A DNA stretch of 64,000 nucleotides from Octopus vulgaris (Eukaryota), in NCBI GenBank assembly GCA_951406725.2, contig OX597816.1, positions 161,882,001 to 161,946,000 on the forward strand. The letters run 5' to 3'. Under the pieces are notes generated by a model. It was not told the origin of the DNA and made no database searches. It was given only the letters and a program-made list of their open reading frames with translations. The translations under genes and the position numbers were made by a program. This document shows positions 1 through 12,826 of this stretch, piece by piece (within the stretch, counting starts at the first letter, position 1; each line of letters opens with the position of its first letter).

Positions 1-208
1 GGTCAAATTATTTCTTTTATATTTTAATTTTTATAATTGGACGGTGCCAATTAAAATTTTAGATTTTTAAATTTAATGCAATTATAACTGTCCATTTGTT
101 ATAGATTAGATGTATCCGGGTACATTGGAGTAACATATGTTGTTATATATTTTAATAATAATCAATACATATATTAAGGAGTGACTATGAACGATCTGCT
201 AGTAAATA

Positions 209-545
209 GGAGCAGACGTGGCGATGTAGTTGAGAAACTCGCTTAGTAACCACGTGACTACTATAGAAGCCTATGACCCGGGACCGATCAGTGTGATGTG
301 AATGAATTTTGTAGAATTTTCGAAAATTACGCGCGCGCGTTTCCATTGTGTTTATCCCCCATCGTCGCTTGATAACTGGTATTGGTTTGTTTACGGCCTT
401 GTAACTTAGAATTTCCGTAAAAGAGACCAGTAGAATAAGTAACAGATTTATAAATAACTACTGAGGTCGATTTGTTTTATTAAACCCTTTAAGGTGGTGC
501 CCCAGCTTAGCCGCAGTCTAACTGAAACAAGTAAACGGTAAAAGT
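209..545 (+). mobile_element. SINE family S1, degraded copy
   Basis: Diverged match to the S1 head and to the S1 tail (gccgcagtc..actgaaacaagtaaa) of other copies in the window. Confidence 0.7.
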
Positions 546-1501
546 TGAATCAGTGCATCGTTAACTTAAATCCAATATTTGGCCATTGTTCACACATTCC
601 AATTCTTAAATTCTCTCAATTTTCAATATTTAGTCTTCATTTAACACTGACAAATTTTAACGTTTGCCAAAGTCTCCTTCAGATTTAACGACGTACGAAT
701 GTTAACTAAAGCAGACGACCGATAATGTATGAGTCAGACGAGATCCTTATTTAATTGCTAGTATTATAGATTAATAGCTAAACTTCACTTTCTTATTCTG
801 TGATATAAGGATAGCTCGGACGAAGAAACCTGAGTAATGTTAGAAGAATTAAACAATCGATGTACGAAAATAACAGCGAACAAATTGTTTGTTTTTCTGG
901 CTATTTTCCTTTTCGGAATCAACACCAAAAGACATCTCACATAAACAATATCCAACAAACAGTGTTGTTGAAAAAGTAAACATTGGCGCAGACAACAAAC
1001 TGAGACGGAACTGTCAGAGAAAATAGGCGAGTGAGGACAGAAAGAAACAGGAAAAGCTACGTCCGTTAAATAAAGCTTCTGACCTTTCCTTAAGAGTTTT
1101 CTCCTTTTGTTTAAAATGTCTTATTTCATGGTATGTTTGCCGTTTTGCCTGTTGTTTTGCTTGACTTTTCAAACATTGTTTAGTATTATTTGTTATTTGT
1201 TTCACAACTTTTCATCAAATTTGTTTAGTGAATAGCCAGTGTTACAGAATAAATGCCGTCTTCCAGTCAACCAGTTAAAGAGTTCACATACATTTCAGTT
1301 CTTGGTCGAGACCAGTCAAGTTTATTTACACATCTATGACTTGGAGAAGTGCTTCAGCTTCAAAACTTACCCTTTCGCATTTCCTACAAAAACCAGGCTT
1401 ATGTAAATATGTAAGACATTTTCCTATTTATAATAAACGAGAGTGATTTAGGTAATGCTTTCCTGATTTAGATGAGCTCAATATGACATCAAACATTTCG
1501 T

Positions 1502-1667
1502 AGGCATGGCTATGTGGCAAGACGCTTGCTTCCCAAACACATGGTTCTGGGTTCAGTTTCACTGTGTGGCATCTTCGGCAAATCTCCTCTAATCCTCTAC
1601 TATAGCTTCGAGCCAACCAAAGCGTTGTGAGTAGATTTGGTAGACGGAAACTGAAAGAAGCCCGTCT

Positions 1668-1735
<68 letters not shown>

Positions 1736-2562
1736 TGTAGTTGTGTGAGTGTCTGTCCCCTTCGATTTAGATTCCTAACTCCTCCCACATTTTGCGGTGC
1801 AGTTTAACCAAATTCGGGTATCTTAGAGTCGTGATTAATATCGAGCCCGTCTAGCTATTAGCGCGCGTCTACGATGAGTCTACGATTTTAAAAATAATTT
1901 AACATCATTTTTTATTCCATTTTAATGCATAATTTTTCGTGTGTCGATGGCGGCGGAGTTGGCGTCCACTCTCAAACACCTGCACCTGTGTTTGCTTCTC
2001 CCCCTTCTTCCCTCCCTCGTGAAGCTGTGGAGAAGGGAGTGTAAGGAAATCAACGTCGTAAAGCGTTGTCAAGGAGACCGGCGTTCTTTTAGAACAACAA
2101 CTTCATGGCTTGAAGACACCAAAACAGAAATGGCTAAGAAAGCCCAAATTGGCATCTATAAGGAAAGTAACTCTCTAAAAATGCTTATATAGTTATTTCC
2201 CTTACAAACCCGAGCAACGCCGGGCGATACTGCTAGTATATATATAAAACACACACACACAAATAAATGTCTATATATATATATATATATATATAAACAT
2301 ATACATATATATATATATATACACATATATATGTACATATATATATATACATACATGTGTGTGTGTTTGTTCGCCACCACCGCTTGATAACCGGAGTAGA
2401 TGTGTCAACGTACCCGTAATTTAGTGGTCAAGCAAGACCGATAAAATAAGTACCAGGCTTAAAAAAATAACTACTGGGATTAATTCCTTCAACTAAAATT
2501 CTGCCAGGCAGTGCCCCAGCATGACCGCAGTCCAATGCCTGTACCGAGTAAAAGATTAAAAA
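1502..2562 (+). mobile_element. SINE S1 split by a Helitron inserted in its internal (TA)n
   Basis: Head 1502-1668 (ggctatgtggcaagacgcttgcttcccaa...gaaagaagcccgtc), then (TA)n, then the tail at ~2360-2562 (cgcttgataaccgg...cagcatgaccgcagtc). Confidence 0.85.
1720..2236 (+). mobile_element. Non-autonomous Helitron
   Basis: 3' end has hairpin cccgagcaacgccggg then CTAG|T (2233-2237). The last ~70 bp match 61372-61439. The 5' end merges into (TA)n. Confidence 0.8.
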
Positions 2563-2584
2563 ATACCCTAAATATTTTTTAAAT

Positions 2585-2985
2585 GCTTTCACTTGTTTCA
2601 GTTATTAGACTGTGGCCATGCTGACAAATCGACTGAAGTAATATTTCTTTAAAGTTTGGTACTCATGTCATCGATATATTTTGCCGAACCGTTAGGTTAC
2701 GGGGACATAAACAAGCCAACACCGAGGTGGATGCAAACACAAAGACACGAATGCGCGCGCACACACACACGCATGTATGCATATACATAAACACACACAC
2801 ATGCATACGCACACGCGCACACGCATACGCATACATATATATATATGCGACGGGCTTCCACGCAGTTTCCGTCTACCCAATTCACACACAAGGCATTGGT
2901 CAGAAGACACTAACATATAAGGTGCCACAAAGTGGGACCGAACCTGGAACCATCTTATTGCGGAAACTTCTAAACTACACAGCCA
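2585..2985 (-). mobile_element. SINE S1, diverged
   Basis: Reverse complement of the S1 tail, internal CA/TA tract and head. Confidence 0.8.
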
Positions 2986-3004
2986 TTAAATATGCCTTTG
3001 GAAT

Positions 3005-3367
3005 CTCTTTTACTCTCTTTTACTTGTTTCAGTCATTCGACTGCACCGCCTTTTAGTCGAGCAAATCAACCCCGGGACTTATTCTTTGTAAGCCCAGTAC
3101 TTATTCTATCGGTCTCTTTTGCCGAGCCGCTAAGTGACGGTAGGGGGACAAACACAGACACACAAACACACACACACATATACATATATATATATACATA
3201 TATACGACAGGCTTCTTTCAGTTTCCGTCTACCAAATCCACTCACAAGGCATTGGTCGGCCTGGGGCTATAGCAGAAGACACTTGCCCAAGGTGCCACTC
3301 AGTGGGACTGAACTCGGAACCATGTGGTTGGTTAGCAAGCTACTTACCACACAGCCACTCCTGCGCC
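3005..3367 (-). mobile_element. SINE S1, near full length (tRNA-like head, CORE-like ccttgggcaagt, internal microsatellite, aaaagagt tail)
   Basis: Reverse complement starts ggcgcaggagtggctgtgtggtaag, has a B-box-like gttccgagttcagtccc, and ends gaaacaagtaaaagagagtaaaagag. Confidence 0.9.
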
Positions 3368-3954
3368 ATGATTAATTTTTGACGAAAAATAGAGCAAAAA
3401 AAAAGAAAAAGAAATAAAAATTCAGCTTCTCACAAAACACTGCACCGGAAATAATCTTTATGCCTATTCAAATAATATTAGAAAGAAACGAACGAAATTA
3501 TGTGACAACTGAATACAATAAAATACGTCGGAACATGTTGATTGATAATGAACTCATAAAAGGTTTTGCATTGTCTAACTTCACTTAATGATGGATTTAA
3601 GAGTAGAGTTAGCAGACCGAGTCTTTCGGGTAAATACAGTCTATGCTTTTATCTGAGCAGCGTTAGGTGTAATTAGTATAAACTGGCATTCAACTGACTT
3701 TATTTAAGAAACTATTCATAACAGACATGGACAAGACTGAGACTCCAAAATAGAATGTAATCAGAGCTAGATGTTACTACAATAACCTGTAATCAGTATG
3801 TATTAGGAAATCGACTGAAATAATTGAAAGATTCGTTCAGCGTCAGTGTTCTGTGTTAAGAAATTTCTTTAAATATTTATACGCGGATTTGACAGCGGGT
3901 TAAACTTGATTAAAAGACGGGTGTCTGGTAGTTTGGTTAGCACGTCGGACACAA

Positions 3955-4328
3955 TATTTTTCTGCTCTAAGCATAAGGCCCGAAATTTTTTGGGAGGGGA
4001 GCCAGTCGATTTGATCGACCCCAGTACGCAACTGGTACTTTATTAACCTCGAAAAGATGAAAGGCAAAGTCGACCTCGGTGGAATTTGGACACAGAACGT
4101 AAAGACAGACGAAATACCTATTTCTTTATTACCCACAAGGGGCTAAACATAGAGGGGACAAACAAGGACAGACATAGGTATTAACTCGATTACATCGACC
4201 CCAGTGCGTAACTGGTACTTAATTTATCGACCCTGAAAAGATGAAAGACAAAGTCGACCTCGGCGGAATTTGAACTCACAACGTAACGACAGACGAAATA
4301 CCGCTAAGCATTTCGCCAGCTCATTGCC
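3955..4328 (-). mobile_element. SINE family S2, dimeric form (two central domains, tail A then tail B)
   Basis: Two copies of a gtcgactttg(t/c)ctttcatc..gataaattaagtaccag-like core, which resembles the Meta/MESC SINE domain. Confidence 0.85.
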
Positions 4329-4344
4329 TTTTTAGAATTAAATA

Positions 4345-4628
4345 TTCTTTTTTACTCCAGGCACAAGACACGAAATTTTTTGAGAGGGGGCTAATCGATT
4401 AAATCGACTCCAGTACGCAACTCGTACTTAGTTTATCGACCGCGAAAGGATGAAACGCAAAGTGGTATTTCGTCTGTCTACGTTCTGAGTTCAAATTCCA
4501 TCGAGGTCAACTTTGCTTTTCATCCTTTCGAGGTCGATAAATTAAGTGCCAGTTGTGCACTGGGGTTGATCTAATCGACTGGCCCCCTCCCCCAAAATTT
4601 CGGGCCATGTGCCTAGAGTAGAAAACAA
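4345..4628. mobile_element. Two partial S2 copies in opposite orientation
   Basis: 4345-4460 on minus and 4462-4628 on plus; both carry the core and tail B. Confidence 0.75.
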
Positions 4629-5107
4629 TATTAGTGATTTGCAGCTAGTATCAATATTAGTGAAGGGAGCGATTTCATATAGGGACGTAGACACAGTGAG
4701 GATGGATAATGAATACGGGTTAATATTGGCTTCAAATTTTGGCACAAGGCCAGCAAGATTGGGGGAACGGAGTAAGTCGATTACAACAACCCCAGTATTC
4801 AACTGGTATTCATTTTATCAGCTCCGAAAGGATGAAAGGCAAAGTTATGGAGGAGGGAATGGGTGATTACATCGACCCTAGTAAGTAACTGGTACTTTAT
4901 TTTATCGATCTCGTAAGAAGGAAATTTAAAGTTGACCTCGGCAGAGCATATAGGGTTGTAATTCGCTGCATTTACGACTATGCCAATATATGATTCTTTA
5001 TTTGAATAAACAGTATTAATTTCTGAGATAGACGCGAGGTCGCAAATTTGAAGGAGGGTATAATTGACTAAACCGATTCCAGCATTTGACTGATACTTAT
5101 TTTACAG

Positions 5108-5291
5108 GCTTCTGGTGACTAAAAGTCAAAATATATCACAGAACCACGAGGATCACAACCAGATTGGCAGATTCAAGATGGTCGCCTTCCTGGGACCTGA
5201 TGACAAGCCAAGAACTCGGTTCTACATCTGCGACTGGGCAGGCCTATTTGGGAACGCCGCTGTTTACTGTGAATGGGGAAGGCCCCAGTAA
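5108..5291 (+). CDS. Candidate terminal coding exon of an unidentified host gene (LLVTKSQNISQNHEDHNQIGRFKMVAFLGPDDKPRTRFYICDWAGLFGNAAVYCEWGRPQ*)
   Basis: Open 60 codons after a possible acceptor ttttacag (5107) or tcacag (5141). GC-richer than its flanks with many C-ending codons, TAA at 5289-5291, and AATAAA near 5630 and 5643. No protein family recognised. Confidence 0.35.
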
Positions 5292-6393
5292 CAAAATACA
5301 ACAAAGCATTTTATCCGTCACTCTAACATTTCTTCCAATCCACCGTTATTTTGTCCATCACTCAAATAATTCGCCCAATCCGCCGCCATTTTGTCCGCCA
5401 GTTAAACGATTCTGCCGACCACCGCCCTAAGTTAAATTAACGATTTGCAGGCCTATATAAGGTTGTTGCCTGTAAGTCTGTTAAAAATCTTCATGTTTTC
5501 CTCGGTAATTTAATTAGCATATTTCACATTTGCTTTTGCAGAATTAATGGATTTCCATAGATCTTCGTTTCAAGAAAGTTATAAAGGTAGTTCAAAGATT
5601 CGATACTTTATCAGTTAAACAAACAAGTAAATAAACCAAGCAAATAAAAATCAGCTAAATATATAATAATGTACTTAAAAAAGCGTTTTCTTTCTTCTCT
5701 TTTTTTTCTCTTGTTAAACAGTTCGTTTCTAATTTTGACGATGCTTAAAAGTAAGGGGAGATTACTCAAAATCACAACGCTTGCCACCACGGGCAGCTAT
5801 CAGAAAATAACATTAGTCTCATCACCCCACCCCGGCGCCAACAACAACCCCCCCCCCCACTACAGCTTTTACGATCACCGTCTCTACAACCATATCTACC
5901 TCCCCCCGCTCAGACGAAAGAACGACTGCACTAAAAAAATCACACCACGTACATACTGGAAAAAAAATTGAACATACACACATACACACATACACAGAAG
6001 AAAAAGGTGTGAAAAAACACAAAACCCACGATACCACGACCATCAGTAAAACAATTGAAACTAGCGTCATAGCTACAAGGACCACGACTATCATAACCAG
6101 ACCGTCGAAAGCTAGAAGCGAAGCTACGGCATCTACAACAACGACAACAACAAAATCGATCCGCAACAACAATACATCCAACAATAGCAGCAACCGCCAC
6201 CCCCAACACAACACTATACAACTTCCTCGTGTCTCAAAATGCAGTTAATTTTTAATAGAATTCTTATCAAAAATTTTTCTTAATCACATTTTTGTGGGGA
6301 AGAATGTCGAGTTTCTTTCTTTTAGTGCGTTTTTTTTCTCTGCTTTATCGTTCACTTTTAATTGAAGGACATTATGGTTCTTAATACGTATTT

Positions 6394-6523
6394 GTGTGTG
6401 TGTGTGTGTGTGTATGTGTGTGTGTGTGTATTTATATATATATGTTAATATGTGTATATATATATATGTATGCACTTGTGTATACACACACATAAATATG
6501 TACATACGTGTGTATGTATATAC

Positions 6524-6584
<61 letters not shown>

Positions 6585-6645
6585 TATTTGCATACATGCA
6601 CACATGCATACACACACACTCACACACATGCACATATATATACAT

Positions 6646-6701
<56 letters not shown>

Positions 6702-6731
6702 GTGTACACGCAAATATATGCATAATCATAA

Positions 6732-6782
<51 letters not shown>

Positions 6783-6812
6783 TGTGTATGTATATTATAT
6801 ATTTATATATCT
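6394..6812. repeat. Compound (TG)n/(TA)n/(CA)n microsatellite
   Basis: Direct reading. Confidence 0.95.
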
Positions 6813-7384
6813 ATAACTTATGTTTTACATTTTCGTAAACATTAATAGGTTCTTAAAAGCCTTGTCTTATTAAACCAAGATAAAAAAAAAAACAGCATTT
6901 ACCCCCGCCCTCCACCCTGTTAACGTCCATTAGGATATTTTTATGGCGATTGGTTTTCTTTAACAAGTTGGTCATGAAATTAAAAAAAATATAGGATCAA
7001 ATTGTAGTAATCGAATATGATTATCCTTCAAATTAAAACTTTATTAGTTATTTTTGGATTTTTCAGAACTTTGGTTTTTCTTGAAATCTTTGTGTTCAAA
7101 AGTATCTGGTTTCACCCCAGAGGAACGGAAATTCTTGAATTTTTTATACGATACTCATAATATTATCCTTTTCCCCATGAAGGCAGAATATTAGATATTA
7201 TTTTAGAATTTTAGTCAAACGGTTTGAAGGTTAGTAGTGAGCAGTGATAATATATAATGTGTTTTTCGCAATCACGCCGAAAAAAAATCAAGAAATTAAG
7301 AATGGCGACATGATTTTCATGATTGCTGTAAGAGAGTTAGAAACGATGTGAAGGGAAGTGGAACAAATGAAGCTTCAGATCGAA

Positions 7385-8095
7385 GCTTCATCCCAGGAAC
7401 CACAATATTCTACAAACAGCCAAACGCCTTCTACCAATTTCACACCAGTCCCCATGTCTCCGACAAATAATCCAGGAAGCAACATATCATCAACAGCCGA
7501 AGGCAACCACCAAATCTTAAGAAACTTCTAACCAAAGCAAGATTTGCTTCAGAAGAAGAAATAATGCAAGTTATCAAATGTGGAGACCCCTGGTGTGGGA
7601 CATGTGATTTGATAGAACAGGGTCTAGCCAAAAAATTCATGAATGGAAAAGAATCAAAGGTGAATGCAAATATGAACTGTAAAATCAAAATCCTGATATA
7701 TTGTGTCACATGCCCACGATGCAAGGAACATTATATTGGGGAAACAAAAACGAAACTAACCAACCGGGTAAATGTGCACAGACATCAAATAAAACATCCC
7801 GCACTTGGATGCATACAAAGTAACGATTATTTGGACTCCTGTGCACAAGGAAAATTTACAATTTTCCCTCTTCATCAAATAAATGAAGAGAATGACCTTC
7901 TCTGGAAGACAAAAGAAGAATATTTTATAAGATTTCTGAGTCCGAAACTAAACCGGAAATAGTCAACAACAATTCTACTGAAAACAACTTTCACTATATG
8001 TAATAGCATGTGCTTGAAAACATGAAGAACTGAAAGCGTTTGCACATCTATAAAAGCAAAAGCTACACACATTTTTAACTCTTTGAGAAAAAAAT
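7385..8095 (+). mobile_element. Penelope-like element 3' part: RT-EN linker and GIY-YIG endonuclease
   Basis: HPRNHNIL...SRRQPPNLKKLLTKARF, then ORF 7564-7962 with CGDPWCGTC and IYCVTCPRCKEHYIGETKTKLTNRVNVHRHQI. Confidence 0.9.
8008..8047 (+). ncRNA. Decayed type I hammerhead downstream of the GIY-YIG ORF
   Basis: Stem I atgtgc/gcacat, core TTGAAAA in place of CTGANGA, then GAAA-gcgt-TT. Confidence 0.45.
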
Positions 8096-8185
8096 CTTCT
8101 CACCATATATATATATATATTCGCCATGATAGATCGCTAGCCACTACACATTCTTTATATTCTCTCCTTGTTTCTTTCTGTGTTC

Positions 8186-8221
8186 CTTTCTGTGGAAGAG
8201 CGTAGGCTCGAAACGTTAAAG
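8186..8221 (+). ncRNA. Minimal hammerhead with variant core in a Penelope pLTR-like repeat (8125-8308)
   Basis: cttt-CTGTGGA-a-gagc gtag gctc-GAAA-cg-TT-aaag; same layout as 56020-56054. Confidence 0.6.
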
Positions 8222-8303
8222 ACTTTTTCACTTCACGAGCATTAAAATAATACATCTGCTTGTTGTCTACACCACCTGTTTTCGTCTTCTGTTTTTTTTG
8301 TGA

Positions 8304-8402
<99 letters not shown>

Positions 8403-8473
8403 TTGTGTGTGTGTGTTTGTGTGTGTGTGTTTGTGTGTGTGTGTGTGCGTACGTGTTTTTGTGCGCGCGTCTG

Positions 8474-10170
8474 TCACATAGTGTTTCCACGTGATTTGAA
8501 ATAGTGATCGACTGGTGATATGGTGTTGTTTAGACAGATGTTACATAAATGTCCGCTGATGCGGTCTGCTAACCTACGACCGGTTTTTCCAGTACAGAAA
8601 AAATCACAAAAATTGACATTTAAGACAGTAAAATAACAAAGTCGGTCGTCAGTTATAAGGATACCAACATTGATTGTGTCCAAGGAACGTAGTAATATTG
8701 TTGATATAGAGGTAAGTGTTGCATTGGGCTCGGGAGCAGGAGAAAGAACCGGGTTGGATGTTCAGAGCTGCGAACTAAAGTCACGTTTGAAGGAATGGAG
8801 GGAACATTCATGGAATATAGGACGGTGAGAGTATGGAAACGAAATAGGTGGGAAGCGTGTAAGATCCTTGAAGGTTATAAGGTAACAGAGTAGGGGGTGA
8901 TGTGGGGGAGGAGGAATGATCATGGATGATGAAGGTTGAGGGCGTGAGTGCCGAGATGGGTCAACGTAACGGGTGTAGAGAAGACATTATTGACAATAGT
9001 TGGGTGGTACATCCGACAGACGAATTGAAGGATCATCAGATGTGACCGGGTCTCAGAATCGTGATTGTGGCTATAGAGGCGGCAGAGCAGTAGTAATTGT
9101 GATTAGGAGATAAAAGGTTTGGGGATAAAATATTTGGAATGGTTGGGGTGAGAAGAGACGAAGCTGAGTTAAGGGTGGGGGTCAGTTGGTTTATAGGAGA
9201 CAGACAGAGAGTGAGATGCTTGGGTTATCAATAGTGGTAGGGAAGGAGGAAGAGGCGGAAGGGGAGAAGGAGAAGAAGAAGACGAAGAAGAAGAAGAAGA
9301 AGAAGAAGAAGAAGAAGAAGAAGAAGAAGAAGAAGAAGAAGAAGGAAGAGAAGGAGGAGGAGGAGAAGAAGGAGGAGGAGAGAAGAAGAAGAAGAAGAAG
9401 AAGAAGAAGAAGAAGAAGAAGAAGAAGAAGAAGAAGAAGAAGAAGAAGAAGAAGAAGAAGAAGAAGAAGAAGAAGACGACGACGACGACTCGAGAGCTGA
9501 GTGAAAGGATTTGATAAAGTTAATGAAGGTGGTAAGCTGGACGAGAGAGGTGCCCTCCATGCAATCACCGATGTGTGAACCTTAGAGTTCAGGGGTGTAT
9601 TTATGTATCATCATCATCATCATCATCGTCATCATCGTCGTCGTCATTATTGTTGTTATTAATTTTATGGTTAGTTCATCTGTCGCTGTCGACGATGATC
9701 AAGGACATTGTATGGGAAAAGATGGGGCACGGTGTGTCCCGCCGTGGGCTAATAAGTCCGATGCATCATCGGAAGGCTCTGCCGCTGGTCGGGCACTGAT
9801 GGTCTGTTGGGACTGAAGGTGCGGAGTTGGCCCTGGACTTGCAGAGTTTGGGTTTTCTATGTGCCCCAGCAATCCTGTTACGTTCGTAGGGTGGATGATG
9901 CCAGCAGCATCAGCTGCCATCCAAAGGCTGGGAGTGAGAGGCTCCTAGTCTTTGTTTAGACATCTCTCAAAGGGAAGGAATACTCTAATGTAACAGCTGC
10001 TACTTCGTTGCATCGAATGATGTAGACGTGTTCGCTTTAAGCAAATGCATATGTTGTGAGGGTCTGGATTTCGTCGGAGCAAGGGGTTCGGGTGATGACA
10101 GGAACCGGAGACCTCTAGAGGGAAGGGAGCGTATAACGGAAAGATAGAAGGAAGGAAGTCAAGAGGCACG
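8474..10170 (-). mobile_element. Degenerate Penelope-like element (GIY-YIG remnant near 8474-8700; upstream boundary approximate)
   Basis: Minus-strand CTGKTGRRLADRISGHL...SPVDHYF resembles YIGETGRRLADRFREH...PVARHF; SFKRD motif upstream. Confidence 0.6.
9244..9490. repeat. (GAA)n/(GGA)n polypurine microsatellite
   Basis: Direct reading. Confidence 0.95.
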
Positions 10171-10176
10171 GAGACT

Positions 10177-10615
10177 ACACGCGCATACACACACACACAC
10201 ACGCACACACGCACACAGACACACACACGTACACACACGTGTACGCACACACACGTGTACGCACACACACGTGTACGCACACACACGCACACACATACTA
10301 TCGTACACACACACGCATACATACACATACACACACGCACACACACACATACACACTCCCGCACACTCACACACACTCATACATACACACCGTCGCAGGC
10401 ACACACACACACGCGCACGCACACACGTACACACACGCATACACACACACGTACACACATACTCTCTCACACACACATACGCACACACACTCGCACACTC
10501 ACAAACACACGCACGCACGCACACATGCACACACGCACAAACACATGCACACACACACATACACACACACACACACACATACATACACACACACACCCTC
10601 GCATACACACATATT
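10177..10615. repeat. Degenerate (CA)n tract
   Basis: Direct reading. Confidence 0.95.
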
Positions 10616-11984
10616 CACAGTTTAATTATTTAATATGTAGGTGAACTGATGCCTTTACACATGCATTAGGAGGTGTTGAAGATGACATTACCCACAATCT
10701 ACATTTTAAAAGATCCTGGCATTATTTGAGAGAAATTCGGCTACTATTTCCAGTAAGTAGATCGATTATATAGATTCTCCGTCGTTGTCTGGAGTAATAA
10801 AAATATCTATGTAGTTTGTCTTTAGCTCCATTTTCTCCTGCATAAAGTGGATGTGAAACAGCTGTGTTCCGGTATAAAGCACTAGACGACGAACGATATA
10901 TGTTATATTTTCAGACGAACTGGCTGTTAATTTCCTGTCTATGTCGGGACAAGAATTAATGATTCACGTGCGCAGAATATATTCTCGGTCATTTGTGCTT
11001 TGTACATTTGCAGAAATAGAGTAACTTTAAAATGTCGTGTTTAGAATGAGTTATAAATAATTAAAATGAAAAGCTAGACAAAATCAATATTATATCTCCA
11101 GTTTCCCCCAAGATCACATTTACACGCATTCGCTCGTCTCAATTCGGCTACACTGAATATAATCTGTTGAGTGTTTTCGTTGTGAACCGACATTTACCTA
11201 TTTTGATGTGTGGACGGTTTTACATAGCCAGAAAAGCCAATCACATGTTGCTATACTTGTTAATAAGCTATCAGCATCTAAAACACACTTTACTCACAAG
11301 CATTGCCATGCCATGCTTTCACTAGGCGAAACCAATTAATGCTTCTAATAGTGTGGTATTTTCGAATGCATACAGAAACATTTACAAACTTTGTATGATT
11401 TCTCTCAATCAGACGACATTGTTCCGTTTCGTTATTGTTTTTCAATCGCGGTCTTAGAGCAATATTAAAAGCAAGAAAGAAATGGAATTGGTTATGTTCA
11501 CTTTCCTAACACAAAGTTCAGGTGGAGAGGTAATAGCTTATTTAATAGTTTCTAAGTTCCTATCAAGTTCATATTTAAGGTTCGTTCGAGTTGTGAATCT
11601 TTGTATAATTAAAACCGGTTCGAATAGAAACAAGTGTTCTTAATAGAAAAGATATTATTTTCAGAACTTGTTCGTATATATAGTTAATCATACAAAATCC
11701 GTTTTCTCTTTCTCTTTCTCACTCCCTCTTTCCGTCGATACCACGATTGCTCGATCGTCATATTGCTCAATATAGAACTCTATAAAGCTACTTAACCAGC
11801 CGGCTTTCAATCAGTTTATTTATCCACTTATCTCTATCTATGATCTCTCTATCTCTTTCTGTGCATACATCGCTCCCCTCTACATCTCGTTGGTGAGAAT
11901 AAAATTTCTAAAATTGACACAGAATTTCAAAGGAACGCTTTGGCTCAATAGCAAAACGCATGCCATGTTTACAGGAGAAGTGGA

Positions 11985-12210
11985 TGTGTGTGTGTGTGTA
12001 TGTGTTTGTTTGTGTTGTCGCCCACCACCGCTTGACAATCAGCGTTGGTGTGTTTACATCCCGTTACTTAACGGTTCTGCAAAAGAGTCACCGATAAAAT
12101 TAGAACCAGACTAAAAAAAAAAGTACTGGGGTCGATTCGTTCGGCTAAGTTCTTCAAGACGGTGCACCAGTATGGCCGCAGTCAAAATGACTGAAACAAA
12201 TAGAAGATAT
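11985..12210 (+). mobile_element. SINE S1 3' half
   Basis: cgcttgacaatcagcgttggtgtgtttac...atggccgcagtcaaaatgactgaaacaa. Confidence 0.8.
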
Positions 12211-12218
12211 TAGAGACA

Positions 12219-12258
<40 letters not shown>

Positions 12259-12262
<4 letters not shown>

Positions 12263-12786
12263 CTAATGTAGGATAACATTTTTTTCGGGAAAAATTTTTT
12301 ATCAATGGCCAGTATATCAAAAAATACCTTTAAAGGTTAAATTTATAAATAATTTACAAGATAAGGACAAAAGAAAAAATTCTAATGCCAAATATGCCGA
12401 AAAAAAGACAAACATTGTCAATAAATTTTATCCTACATTAGTTATAAATTTAATAGTGTTCACTTCCGGATTCTCTCACTCTGTGAAAGTTTCTAGTTCG
12501 AATCACACGTGTCTCGAGATGTGCCGAAGATTTTCTATTTTGGATATATTTGGGGTACTTAGGTCTGCTCAGGACTTAGTGCTTGCTTTTTCCATGGGTA
12601 TGAGTAAGTATTTTACTTATATCTCACGTATTTATCGCTGAAGAGGGGAAAATTCTTATGAATTAACCCCGAAATTGGGACCAATACGGTAATAACGGAT
12701 TTTTTAGAAATTTCTATCGGTTTGTTTCGAGACGCATATTTTTCGGCATATTTGGCATTAGAATTTTACTTTTGCCCTTATTTTGT

Positions 12787-12793
<7 letters not shown>
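12259..12793 (+). mobile_element. Non-autonomous Penelope-derived (pLTR-like) element with internal inversions, flanked by (TA)n
   Basis: Inverted repeats 12259-12276/12428-12445 and 12349-12405/12739-12793; contains a hammerhead. Confidence 0.65.
12627..12697 (+). ncRNA. Type I hammerhead ribozyme, intact core
   Basis: ttatcg-CTGAAGA-GGGG(18 nt)CCCC-GAAA-ttgg ga ccaa-TA-cggtaa; stem I can extend to cgt/acg. Confidence 0.8.

Positions 12794-12826
<33 letters not shown>

Noticed and set aside
5194-5225. CTGATGA near gaactc (similar isolated heptamers at 16375, 39321, 53343, 61148)
   Set aside because: They lack a GAAA and/or the flanking stems needed for a hammerhead.
6284-6838. Many [12 protein letters not shown] ORFs here and throughout the window
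   Set aside because: Dinucleotide repeat artefacts.
9186-9568. Poly-K/R, poly-L and poly-S ORFs
   Set aside because: They are translations of the (GAA)n microsatellite.
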